Of a stretch of 63,984 bases of DNA, positions 37,418 through 45,967 are shown in pieces (the stretch's first letter is position 1; every line of letters begins with the position of its first letter). Origin of the DNA: Thermoanaerobaculia bacterium. GTDB taxonomy: Bacteria > Acidobacteriota > Thermoanaerobaculia > Multivoradales > JAHEKO01. The stretch spans positions 1 through 63,984 of the forward strand of contig JBHHWO010000004.1 in the NCBI GenBank assembly GCA_046756565.1, read 5' to 3'. Below the pieces are notes generated by a model. That model was given only the letters and a program-made list of their open reading frames with translations. It was not told where the DNA came from and made no database searches. The position numbers and the translations under genes are program-made.

Positions 37418-39622
37418 GTGCTCAGCGACTTTCGAACGGCAAACAGGTCTCGTGACTCCCGGGCGCGGGAGACGCCCCGCGAGCGACGTCCGGCCCCCAC
37501 GCTCGCACGGACGATCCTCATCGTCGAAGACGATCTGGAGCTGACCCGGCTCGCGCGCCGCCATCTCGAAAGCCACGAGTTCCAGGTGTTCGTGGCTGGC
37601 GACGCCGCTTCGGCGATGGAGGCCTACATTACCGATCCTCCCGACCTGATTCTGCTCGACGTGGCGTTGCCGGATCGCTCCGGCTTCGATGTCTGCCGAA
37701 CTGTTCGGGAGCTCCCGGGCGGGCATTCTGTCCCGATCGTGATCATGACCGGGCTGGACGATCCGGACACCATCAAGCAGGCCTACACGAGTGGAGCCTC
37801 CGATTTCGCGGTCAAGCCCCTGAACTGGACGGTCCTGAGCAACCGGCTCTCCCTCCTGATCGAGGCCGACCGGGCTTGCCGGAAACTCGCAGCCAGCCAG
37901 ATCAAGCTCGAGAAGACCGAGCGCATCGCCCGCCTCGGCACCTGGGAGTACGACCTGGCGACCGAGCAGGTCTCGGCCTCGCGGGAGACTGCGAGAATCC
38001 TCGGAATACCAGAAACCGAGTGTTCGTCGCGAGACGCGCTGCTGAGCTCGATCCACCCTCTGGATCGGGACCGGGCGATCGAGTCGCTCCGGGAGATGGT
38101 CGACGATCTGGCCGAAGCCGAGCTCGAGCATCGCGTGCTGTGGAGCGATGGCAGCGTGCGCTCCGTCAAGCACCGCTCCCAGGTTCGGCGGGATTCGGCC
38201 GGCCACGCGGTGAGCGTTCACGGCGTGCTGCGGGATGTGACCGACATTCGCAGGGCCGAAGAGAAGATCCGGCACTTGGCCAACTACGACCGCCTGACCG
38301 GATTACCCAATCGCCACATGTTCCTCGAGCTCTTGCAGGGCACGATGGCTCGGTGTGAGCGCAGCGAAGCGATCGTCGCGATCGCCTACGTCGATCTCGA
38401 TCGATTCAAGAAGATAAACGACACGCTGGGGCCCGAGATCGGAGACGAATTGCTCACCGCGGTCGCCGATCGCCTCCGGATCTCATTGCGCAGAGGCGAC
38501 TATCTGGTTCGCGAACGAGGACCCCAGGTCGCCCGTTGGGGAGGAGACAAATTCCTCGTCCTGCTGAGCGACCTCGACGAAGTAGGCGGCGCAGCCAAGG
38601 CTGTTCGACGCCTCTTGCGTCAGCTCGAGATTCCCTTCGCGGTCGCCGATCGCGAATTCTTCCTGACCGCAAGCGCCGGTATCTCGGTATATCCCACGGA
38701 TGGCGCTACCGCATACGAACTCCTGCAGCACGCGGAGTCGGCGATGTACCACGCAAAAGACCTGGGGCGGAACCGCTTCCAGTTCTACAGCGAGTGGATG
38801 AACGCCGCGTCCGCGCGCGAGATGGACGTGGAGAACGAACTCCACAAGGCGATCGAGCAGAACGAGCTCTACCTGACCTACCAACCAGTCCTCGACAGCC
38901 ACTCCCAGAACGTGATCGGTGGCGAGGCTTTGGTCCGGTGGGTGCATCCCGAGCTGGGTACCGTCTCGCCCGACGAGTTCGTACCGATCGCCGAGGCCGC
39001 CGGGCTGATCGTACGCATCGGCGAATGGGTGCTGCGTACCGCGTGCCGGCAGTTCCAGATCTGGTTCGAGGCAGGGCTGCCCAGGATTCGCCTGGCGGTC
39101 AACCTCTCGAGCCTGCAGCTGCACGAGGAGGACTTCGTGGGCAGCGTGGCGCGTATCCTCGCCGAGACCGGCTTCGACCCGTCGCTTCTGGACGTCGAGC
39201 TGACCGAACGAGGCGTCGCCCTCGACGACCGGCGCGCCGTCCGGAGCCTCGAAGGCCTCAGAGAACTCGGAATCCGAATCGCAGTGGACGACTTCGGCAC
39301 CGGTAATTCGGCGCTCTCGTATCTCAAGATCTTCCCCCTCGACGTCCTCAAGATCGATCGGTCATTCGTTCAGGGAATCGAGCGGGAGTCGAGCGACTCG
39401 GCCATTATCTCGGCGGTAATCGCGATGGCGCACCGATTGGGCCTCGAGGTGGTTGCCGAGGGAGTCGAGACCGACTCGCAGCTCGAGTTCCTACGAGAGC
39501 AGGACTGCAATCGCGTACAGGGCTTCTTGTTCGCCAAACCGCTGCCGGCGGAGGACTTCAGGGAGGTATTCGATAAGATTGGGCCCGGCCTAGGCGGCCA
39601 GTCTCGACCGGAGCCGAGTTGA
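37418..39622 (+). CDS. Response-regulator receiver / PAS / degenerate GGDEF (GGDKF) / EAL protein, a likely c-di-GMP phosphodiesterase
   Basis: REC: ILIVEDD...[20 protein letters not shown]-like segment follows. GGDEF fold with [15 protein letters not shown] domain with [36 protein letters not shown] and EGVET..Q. Confidence 0.9.
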   Translation: MLSDFRTANRSRDSRARETPRERRPAPTLARTILIVEDDLELTRLARRHLESHEFQVFVAGDAASAMEAYITDPPDLILLDVALPDRSGFDVCRTVRELPGGHSVPIVIMTGLDDPDTIKQAYTSGASDFAVKPLNWTVLSNRLSLLIEADRACRKLAASQIKLEKTERIARLGTWEYDLATEQVSASRETARILGIPETECSSRDALLSSIHPLDRDRAIESLREMVDDLAEAELEHRVLWSDGSVRSVKHRSQVRRDSAGHAVSVHGVLRDVTDIRRAEEKIRHLANYDRLTGLPNRHMFLELLQGTMARCERSEAIVAIAYVDLDRFKKINDTLGPEIGDELLTAVADRLRISLRRGDYLVRERGPQVARWGGDKFLVLLSDLDEVGGAAKAVRRLLRQLEIPFAVADREFFLTASAGISVYPTDGATAYELLQHAESAMYHAKDLGRNRFQFYSEWMNAASAREMDVENELHKAIEQNELYLTYQPVLDSHSQNVIGGEALVRWVHPELGTVSPDEFVPIAEAAGLIVRIGEWVLRTACRQFQIWFEAGLPRIRLAVNLSSLQLHEEDFVGSVARILAETGFDPSLLDVELTERGVALDDRRAVRSLEGLRELGIRIAVDDFGTGNSALSYLKIFPLDVLKIDRSFVQGIERESSDSAIISAVIAMAHRLGLEVVAEGVETDSQLEFLREQDCNRVQGFLFAKPLPAEDFREVFDKIGPGLGGQSRPEPS

Positions 39623-42600
39623 TGCGCCCTCATCCAGCCAGCGTTACCAAACACCGGCTGATGGCACTAAGCGGAGCGGGGCTCGGGCTGCTCTGCGCAA
39701 CGCTGCTGCTTGTCGGCGGAGCGAGCCCGGCCGCGGGCCAACAGCGCAAGATCCCCTTCGACCGGATCGGCGTCGAGGACGGGCTGCCCCATTCGGCGGT
39801 CAACGCCATAGTTCAGGACGACACCGGCTTCATCTGGTTCGGTACCCAGGACGGGCTCGCCAAGTACGACGGCAATCGCTTTCAAGTATTCCGCTCGAAC
39901 GAAGAAGACCCCGGATCGCTGTCGAACAATTGGGTGTGGTGCCTGCTCAAGGACTCCAGCGGTCGGCTCTGGATCGGAACCAACGAGGGCGGTCTCAACC
40001 TCTGGCAACCCGCCACGCGATCGTTCCGGCGTTACATCAACGCCGAGGTGAACCGTTCGTCGATCTCCAACAATCGAGTCCGGTCCTTGATGGAGGACCG
40101 CGACGGACGGATCTGGGTCGGCACCGAATCGGGTCTCAACGTTTTCGATCCCGTCTCCCAGACCTTCAAGCGCTATCTCCACGATCCCTCGAAACCCGAA
40201 AGTCTCGGGCATAACCAGGTACGGGCCATCTTCCAGGACAAAGACGGCTCGATCTGGGTCGGTACCAACGGCGGAGGTCTGGATCGGCTGAACCCGGCTA
40301 CGGGCACTTTCGCCCACCTCCGGCACGATCCGAACGACTCCTCCTCGCTCAGCCAGGATCGGGTCAGGACCATCTTCGAAGACCGCTCCGGTAACTTCTG
40401 GATCGGCACGTACGAAGGCGGACTCAACCGTCTCGACCGTTCGACGGGAGCTTTCGAGCGCTTTCAGCACAACCAGCTCGATCCCACCAGCCTGAGTGAC
40501 GACCGCGTTCGGGCGGTGTTCCAGGACGCCAGCGGCGTGCTCTGGGTGGGTACCGACGGGGGGCTCAACGAATGGCTCCCGGAGCGCGGCGAGTTCGTGA
40601 GTCACGAAAGAAACCTGGCTGATCCTGGCTCGCTCAGTGACAGCCAGGTGATGTCGATCTATCAGGATCGAGGCGGCGTGCTCTGGATCGGAACTCAAGG
40701 CGGCATCAACAAATGGAATGCCATCACCGGCTCGTTCTCGGGCTTTCGACAGGATCCGGACAAGCCCGAGACCAGCCTCGCCAGCAATACCGTGATCTCG
40801 TTCTCCGAAGACCCCTCGGGCCGGCTCTGGGTGGGCACCTACGAGGGGCTTGATCTTCTCGACCGGAAGACCGGCCGGGTGCGGCATTTCAGGAAGAACG
40901 ACCGCGACCCGAACAGCCTTCGCGACGACCGGGTGATGTCACTGTTCACCGACAGATCCGGCACGCTCTGGGCCGGAACCTACGAGGGCGGGTTGCATCG
41001 CTTCAATGCCGACGAAGGGGGGTTCAAGAACTTCCGCAACGATCCAGACGACCCGACCAGCCTCAGCCGCGACGCCGTCACCGCCATCTATGAGGACAGC
41101 CTGGGCGTGCTCTGGGTGGGAACCTTCGGCGGCGGGCTGAATCGCTTCAACCAGGACCGCACCTCCTTCATCCGCTACCTGCACGATCCCAATAACGCAG
41201 CCAGCCTGGGAGCCGATCAGGTGCTCTGTCTGTTGGAAGGCTCCGACGGAATCCTCTGGATCGGAACCGACAGCGGCGGTCTCAACGGGTTCGACCGCAG
41301 CACGGGGTCGTTTACCCGGTACCGAAACGATCCCTCGAACCCCGACAGTCTCAGCAACAATACGGTGTTCTCGCTCCGGGAGACCGAAGACGGAACCCTC
41401 TGGATCGGAACCCAGGGTGGCGGGCTGAACAAGTGGACCCAGGCCGACAGGGAGGCCAACCTGGCCCGGTTCGTCAACTACGATTCCCGTCATGGTCTGC
41501 CCAACGAGGTCATCTACGGGATCCTCGACGACGAGGACGGCAACCTGTGGATGAGCACGAACGAAGGCCTGGTCGGCTTCGACCCGAACACCGAAGGTGT
41601 CCGGACCTACGACACGACCCACGGCCTTCTCTCCAAAGATTTCAACTTCGGCTCTTACCGGAAGCTGTCGACCGGAGAGATGCTATTCGGAGGTAACGAG
41701 GGTTTCAACATCTTCCATCCCTCCTCGATCCAAGCGAATGCCCACATCCCCGAGGTCGTGATGACTTCCTTCCGCAAGTTCAACCGGGAGGTCGAAACCG
41801 ACACACCCCTGACCGACCTCGAAGAGATCGAGCTCTCGCACAAGGACTACGTCGTCTCGTTCGAGTTTTCCGCTCTCGACTACTCGGCCCCTCAGAAGAA
41901 CCGGTACTCCTATCGGCTGGACGGCTTCGAGACCAACTGGAACGAAGTCGGCAACCGGAATCGAGCGACCTACACCAACCTCGATCCGGGCACGTACACG
42001 CTGCGTGTCAAGGCGGCCAACAACGACGGCCTTTGGAACGAGGCCGGACTGACGATACCGATTCGGGTGATTCCACCTCCCTGGAAGACCTGGTGGGCCT
42101 ACCTTTCGTATGCCGCCGCTGTCGTGTTCGGCGTGATGGCGATCCTCGGAAACCTGTCCGCAAAACGGCGTCGCGAGACCGAGCAGCGGCGCTATCTCGA
42201 GCGTCAGGTCGCGGAGCGTACCCGCGAGCTGGCCCTCAGAAACCGTGACCTTCAGGAGGCCATCGACAAGGTCGAGCTTGCCAGCGTCACGGACACCTTG
42301 ACCGGTCTGCGCAACCGTCGCTTCCTGGTCAACAATATCGATTCCGATCTAGCGCTGGTCGACCGCTACTACGAAGACCTCAAGCGCCGCCCGGAGGCCG
42401 TCGACGCCGACCAGGAGCCCGACACCCTGTTCTTGATCTTCGATCTAGACGGCTTCAAGGAGATCAATGACACCTATGGCCACGCCGCCGGCGATCGGGT
42501 GCTGCTCCAGGTCACCGACCTGCTCGAAGCCACGTGCCGGGAATCCGACACCATTATCCGATGGGGCGGAGACGAGTTTCTGATCATCGCTCGGCGTACG

Positions 42601-42978
42601 CGGCGGCAGTCGGCGGAAGATCTCGCGGAGAGGCTCAGGGCCAGTGTCGCTGCTCACGAGTTCGAGCTCGGACTCGGCAAGAGCGCCAACCTGTCCTGCT
42701 CCATCGGATTTGCCTTCTACCCGTTCTTACGCAAGTTCCCGAGAGCGCTCTCGTGGGAGCAGGTCAACGCCATCGCGGACCGCGCGCTCTACATCGCCAA
42801 GAAGAGTAATCGCAACGCCTGGGTGGGTATCTTCGAGGATGACAAGGCCAGCGACGTTCACCCGTCGGCGTTGGTCCAGAAAATCAACCACGAGCTCGAC
42901 GAGCTGGTCGAGCAGGGCGTGGTCAGCTTGAGTACCTCGATCACCAGCGAGGAGCAGCTGGTGTGGGCCTGGGCCTGA
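39622..42978 (+). CDS. Periplasmic two-component-regulator-propeller + Y_Y_Y sensor diguanylate cyclase
   Basis: Signal/TM at the N-terminus. More than 12 repeats of the W(I/V)GT..GGLN.(F/W) propeller motif. Y_Y_Y domain (YSYRLDGFETNWNEVG...YTNLDPGTYTLRVKAANNDG). Then a TM helix, a coiled coil and a GGDEF domain with the I-site (RESDTIIRWGGDEFLII). The ATG at 39622 overlaps the upstream TGA (TGATG). Confidence 0.9.
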   Translation: MRPHPASVTKHRLMALSGAGLGLLCATLLLVGGASPAAGQQRKIPFDRIGVEDGLPHSAVNAIVQDDTGFIWFGTQDGLAKYDGNRFQVFRSNEEDPGSLSNNWVWCLLKDSSGRLWIGTNEGGLNLWQPATRSFRRYINAEVNRSSISNNRVRSLMEDRDGRIWVGTESGLNVFDPVSQTFKRYLHDPSKPESLGHNQVRAIFQDKDGSIWVGTNGGGLDRLNPATGTFAHLRHDPNDSSSLSQDRVRTIFEDRSGNFWIGTYEGGLNRLDRSTGAFERFQHNQLDPTSLSDDRVRAVFQDASGVLWVGTDGGLNEWLPERGEFVSHERNLADPGSLSDSQVMSIYQDRGGVLWIGTQGGINKWNAITGSFSGFRQDPDKPETSLASNTVISFSEDPSGRLWVGTYEGLDLLDRKTGRVRHFRKNDRDPNSLRDDRVMSLFTDRSGTLWAGTYEGGLHRFNADEGGFKNFRNDPDDPTSLSRDAVTAIYEDSLGVLWVGTFGGGLNRFNQDRTSFIRYLHDPNNAASLGADQVLCLLEGSDGILWIGTDSGGLNGFDRSTGSFTRYRNDPSNPDSLSNNTVFSLRETEDGTLWIGTQGGGLNKWTQADREANLARFVNYDSRHGLPNEVIYGILDDEDGNLWMSTNEGLVGFDPNTEGVRTYDTTHGLLSKDFNFGSYRKLSTGEMLFGGNEGFNIFHPSSIQANAHIPEVVMTSFRKFNREVETDTPLTDLEEIELSHKDYVVSFEFSALDYSAPQKNRYSYRLDGFETNWNEVGNRNRATYTNLDPGTYTLRVKAANNDGLWNEAGLTIPIRVIPPPWKTWWAYLSYAAAVVFGVMAILGNLSAKRRRETEQRRYLERQVAERTRELALRNRDLQEAIDKVELASVTDTLTGLRNRRFLVNNIDSDLALVDRYYEDLKRRPEAVDADQEPDTLFLIFDLDGFKEINDTYGHAAGDRVLLQVTDLLEATCRESDTIIRWGGDEFLIIARRTRRQSAEDLAERLRASVAAHEFELGLGKSANLSCSIGFAFYPFLRKFPRALSWEQVNAIADRALYIAKKSNRNAWVGIFEDDKASDVHPSALVQKINHELDELVEQGVVSLSTSITSEEQLVWAWA

Positions 42979-42992
42979 TCGCCGATCCGGTC

Positions 42993-43943
42993 CTAGCGCC
43001 CCGACTCCCCGGTCGCCAACAGCTCGACGGTTTCCGCGAGACGATCGAGTCCCTCCGGTACGCTCAGCCGATTCACCGGAGTGGCGTGTGCGAGGGCGAT
43101 CGAGAAATCCAGGTGTCGAGCCCGGAGATCCGGAGCGAACAGCCGTGAGGCGACGGTGTGCTCCAAGACACCGAGAACCGCATCCCGGATCGACAGCCGG
43201 CTCCGGACGGCGCTCGAATCCAGCCCCACTCGCTTCAAGACCGCCAGCTCCCCGACTCCGAGTAGGTCGGATCCGATCCACTGCTCCGGATCGGTGAGCT
43301 TGAGTTGGGGAAACCGGGGATACGCCATCGCGGTTCCGTCTTCGATCACCCCGATCGGAACCACATCATCTGCAATCCGGCGGAAGAGCGATCCGACATT
43401 GCCCGCCGCGGCCAGGGTCGACTTGCCGGACCCGGAGTCACCCAGAATCAGGGTCGCCCGCCCGCCTATCTCGACGGCGCTCGCGTGCAAGCTGAAGACG
43501 CCGCGCTCGGCCAGGGCCAACGCGAGCCCTGGACCTAGCGCCGCGAAGCGGGCCAGCGTCCCCGAGACGTCGGCGTACACGCGCAGCCTGCAGGCTCCAG
43601 GCATGGTCTCGAGCTCGAGATGCACCGAGTCCTTCACCACGATCCGGTACAGTCCCCGGGTCCACGAGCAGACCACGTCGACGTCCCGTCCGCCGACCCA
43701 GCCGCGCCCGGTGTAGATCGGCCGTAGATCCTCGGCCCGAACATCGCGGGCGCCGGGTGGCGGATAGCCGGCTGTGCTCTCCGGCGCCGCGTACGGCTTC
43801 AGCTCGGGAATCGCTCGGTTGGTCACCAGCGTCCGGCCGGCCACCCGGTACCTCCGTGGCCGCTCGTCCGAGCGGACAGCGCCGAACTCGACGACCAGCT
43901 CCGGAGCGGTGGGCTTGCTCATTTCAAGCAAGCCCCCAGCCAT
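42993..43943 (-). CDS. HPr kinase/phosphorylase C-terminal-domain-like P-loop protein (lasso-cluster-type kinase candidate)
   Basis: The P-loop LILGDSGSGKSTLAAA is followed by RIADDVVPIG, as in HprK-like kinases. The N-terminal half of about 150 aa has no recognisable motif. ATG 43943 overlaps the cyclase stop by 20 nt. The alternative ATG 43922 lies 1 nt after that stop. Confidence 0.75.
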   Translation of the reverse strand: MAGGLLEMSKPTAPELVVEFGAVRSDERPRRYRVAGRTLVTNRAIPELKPYAAPESTAGYPPPGARDVRAEDLRPIYTGRGWVGGRDVDVVCSWTRGLYRIVVKDSVHLELETMPGACRLRVYADVSGTLARFAALGPGLALALAERGVFSLHASAVEIGGRATLILGDSGSGKSTLAAAGNVGSLFRRIADDVVPIGVIEDGTAMAYPRFPQLKLTDPEQWIGSDLLGVGELAVLKRVGLDSSAVRSRLSIRDAVLGVLEHTVASRLFAPDLRARHLDFSIALAHATPVNRLSVPEGLDRLAETVELLATGESGR

Positions 43944-45702
43944 GCCGGCGCCGCCAGAGCTCCAAGCTCAGGCACCGCCACAGAAGCACCTTCTCGATCG
44001 GCTTCGAGTCGACTCCGACCGAGCGAATCCGCTCTTTCTCCAAGAAACGGGGCCAGATCGCTCCCTCGCCGTGAAGAAGATCCTGGACCAGCCGCGCCCG
44101 GCGATCGAAGACGCCGAGGTCGAAGAGCGGATCCAGGTGCGTGGGCTCCTGGCGCAGCCGAATCGTTTCGGGAATCAAACCCTGAGCGGCGTTGCGCCCG
44201 ACGAGCTTGCTCCTTCCCGGCCGAAACACCTGATGCGCCGGTAGCGCCAGCATGAATTCGACGAAGTCGAGGTTCCAGAACGGGCTCAGGACCTCGACCC
44301 CCTGGCGGCCGGCGAAATCGTGTTCGAGGTTCTGCCCCCGAGCCTGGAGGTCGAGGTATCCGACCACATCGCGGTGACCGGGAGCGCGCACAGGCGCCTC
44401 GGCGTACTCGCCCTTTAGGAAGGCCCTGGCTTCCCGGGTCAGCCACTGGGTATGCGGACCGGCCGGCCCCCGGCCCGACGGACGCACAACGCGCGCGATC
44501 GCACCGGACGCAGCCCTCAACCCGTCCCTCCGGGCATGGCGCGCGAGACAGGCGCCGGCGGTTCGAAAGCGTCCTTCCAGAAGAAGATCTCTCAGATACA
44601 GGTTCGTCTGCCTCTGCAGAATATCCGCAGGGCCGCCGTTGAAGAGGACGCGGCGCCCGCCCGAGACGGCCTCGCGGTAGAGGGCCGTCTTCAGCGAACG
44701 GTAGGGATTCTCCTCCGGCGTGCCGGCCAGCTCGCAGTACTCGTCGGGTTCGGAGAGGGTCCAATGTCGGTCTCCGGCAGTCTGGATTACCTCGAAATCG
44801 GCCGACTCGAGAGTGAGCTCGATCCATTCGCGCTCGTCACACTGCGCCAGTTGATCGAACACCCAGGAGCACGCGCCGACGCGGCCCCCGGCGGGCGCGG
44901 CCAGATCCGCCGACAAGCAAGCGAGCGTGGTCGAATCGAGCCCACCGCTCAGCATGACGCCGACCTCGTCCAGGTTTCCGGCCATCTCCGAAATCGCACT
45001 GCGGATCAGATCGGCAAAGGCCTCGGCGCAGGCCGCATCTGTCCTCCCACGCTCGGGCCGGATCGCCTCGGGCCTCCAGAACGGAACCGCTCGCGTCGAG
45101 CTCTCGTCGAACTCGATCGCCGTGCCACGAGGAACTTCCCGGATTCCCTCGAAGAACGTACAGCTCCTCCGCGGCCCGAGGACCGAGAAGAAGCGCGCGA
45201 GCTCGCCTGGGACAAGGCTCCACGACGTCTCGGGCCGGTTGAGCAGAGTTTCGATCCGGTCGGAGACGATGACCAGCCCGTCCCGCTCGATGTAGAAGAG
45301 AGTCCCCGGCCCGAGGGGATCGCACGCGAGTCGAAGACTGCGACTCTCCGCGTCGAAGACCAGGGCCGCGTACCGGGATCGAAGCCGCCTCCAGAGTTCG
45401 CTACCCCATCGCCGATGACCCTCCGCAACGGAAACCGAGAGGTCGCCGGATCCGCCCAGCGCGTTCGAGAGCTCCCTGGCATGCCGTGGGCCGAGTCCGA
45501 CGATTGCCTGCCCGCGAGCCGAGGCCGAGAGGACTTCGCCTTCGCCGGCGCTGTGCAACAAGCGAAACCCCCGAAGCTCGGTATCCGACCGGGCTCCGAC
45601 GCCGCCCCGATCCGAATGGCCGAGGGCCACGGCCATGCGCTCGCACTCCGAGACCGGAACCGGCAAGCCCCGGCGGTCGAAGATCGCCGCGAAGGAGCTC
45701 AC
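43924..45702 (-). CDS. Asparagine synthetase B-like protein, a candidate lasso peptide isopeptide-forming cyclase
   Basis: The PP-loop is GVMLSGGLDSTTLACL. The N-terminal Ntn-like domain begins (V)SSFAAIFDRRG and lacks the Cys2 nucleophile, as in lasso cyclases. GTG 45702 was chosen. The track start at 45777 would overlap the precursor core. Confidence 0.8.
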   Translation of the reverse strand: MSSFAAIFDRRGLPVPVSECERMAVALGHSDRGGVGARSDTELRGFRLLHSAGEGEVLSASARGQAIVGLGPRHARELSNALGGSGDLSVSVAEGHRRWGSELWRRLRSRYAALVFDAESRSLRLACDPLGPGTLFYIERDGLVIVSDRIETLLNRPETSWSLVPGELARFFSVLGPRRSCTFFEGIREVPRGTAIEFDESSTRAVPFWRPEAIRPERGRTDAACAEAFADLIRSAISEMAGNLDEVGVMLSGGLDSTTLACLSADLAAPAGGRVGACSWVFDQLAQCDEREWIELTLESADFEVIQTAGDRHWTLSEPDEYCELAGTPEENPYRSLKTALYREAVSGGRRVLFNGGPADILQRQTNLYLRDLLLEGRFRTAGACLARHARRDGLRAASGAIARVVRPSGRGPAGPHTQWLTREARAFLKGEYAEAPVRAPGHRDVVGYLDLQARGQNLEHDFAGRQGVEVLSPFWNLDFVEFMLALPAHQVFRPGRSKLVGRNAAQGLIPETIRLRQEPTHLDPLFDLGVFDRRARLVQDLLHGEGAIWPRFLEKERIRSVGVDSKPIEKVLLWRCLSLELWRRRHGWGLA

Positions 45703-45736
45703 CGGATGGAGGATACCGGGCGCGCCGCAACGCGGC

Positions 45737-45943
45737 CTAGCCAAGCCGCTGCTCGATGAAGGCGTTGCCGCTGTCACCTAGGCCCGGAGAGCCGCCCAGG
45801 GTGAGCGTCCGGAGATCGCCGAAGCACTCGAGGCGGGGAGACACGTAGGCCCTCTTCGGGCAAGCTGTCGTATGACCCGCCCGGAGATTGCCGGTCCCGG
45901 CGTGCGCTCCTCCTCGCCTTTCGCTCTTGCCTGCCGCCTTCAT
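45737..45943 (-). CDS. Candidate lasso peptide precursor (leader ...AYVSPRLECFGDLRTLTL / core GGSPGLGDSGNAFIEQRLG)
   Basis: The small ORF sits 34 nt upstream of the cyclase gene on the same strand. The leader matches YxxPxLx3Gx5Tx exactly: Y35, P38, L40, G44 and T50 in track-ORF numbering. Thr is at -2, Gly at core position 1 and Asp at core position 8. The core is encoded at 45740..45796. The start is uncertain (ATG 45943 or GTG 45949). Confidence 0.6.
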   Translation of the reverse strand: MKAAGKSERRGGAHAGTGNLRAGHTTACPKRAYVSPRLECFGDLRTLTLGGSPGLGDSGNAFIEQRLG

Positions 45944-45967
45944 CGCCACCCCGGTTTCGCGCCGGCC

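Noticed and set aside
39667-41622. Minus-strand ORFs of 406 and 227 aa
   Set aside because: They are antisense to the propeller repeats. Their apparent repetitiveness only mirrors the sense-strand W.GT..GGLN repeats.
42993-43500. Idea that the N-terminal half of the HprK-like protein is a cryptic B2 protease or RRE
   Set aside because: It has no Cys-His-Asp arrangement and no recognisable winged-helix pattern in the sequence. This cannot be excluded without structure prediction, so I do not claim it.
43919-45759. 302-aa (-) and 435-aa (+) ORFs inside the cyclase gene. I also checked these frames for a hidden B1/B2 gene.
   Set aside because: Both give Arg/Pro/Gly-rich nonsense. Neither shows a transglutaminase-type Cys/His/Asp pattern or a PqqD-like fold signature.
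45737-45844. Shorter 35-aa version of the precursor, starting at GTG 45844 with a good GAGGG Shine-Dalgarno
   Set aside because: It would delete the Tyr of the YxxPxLx3Gx5Tx leader motif, which is otherwise matched perfectly. I keep it as an alternative start rather than as the preferred model.
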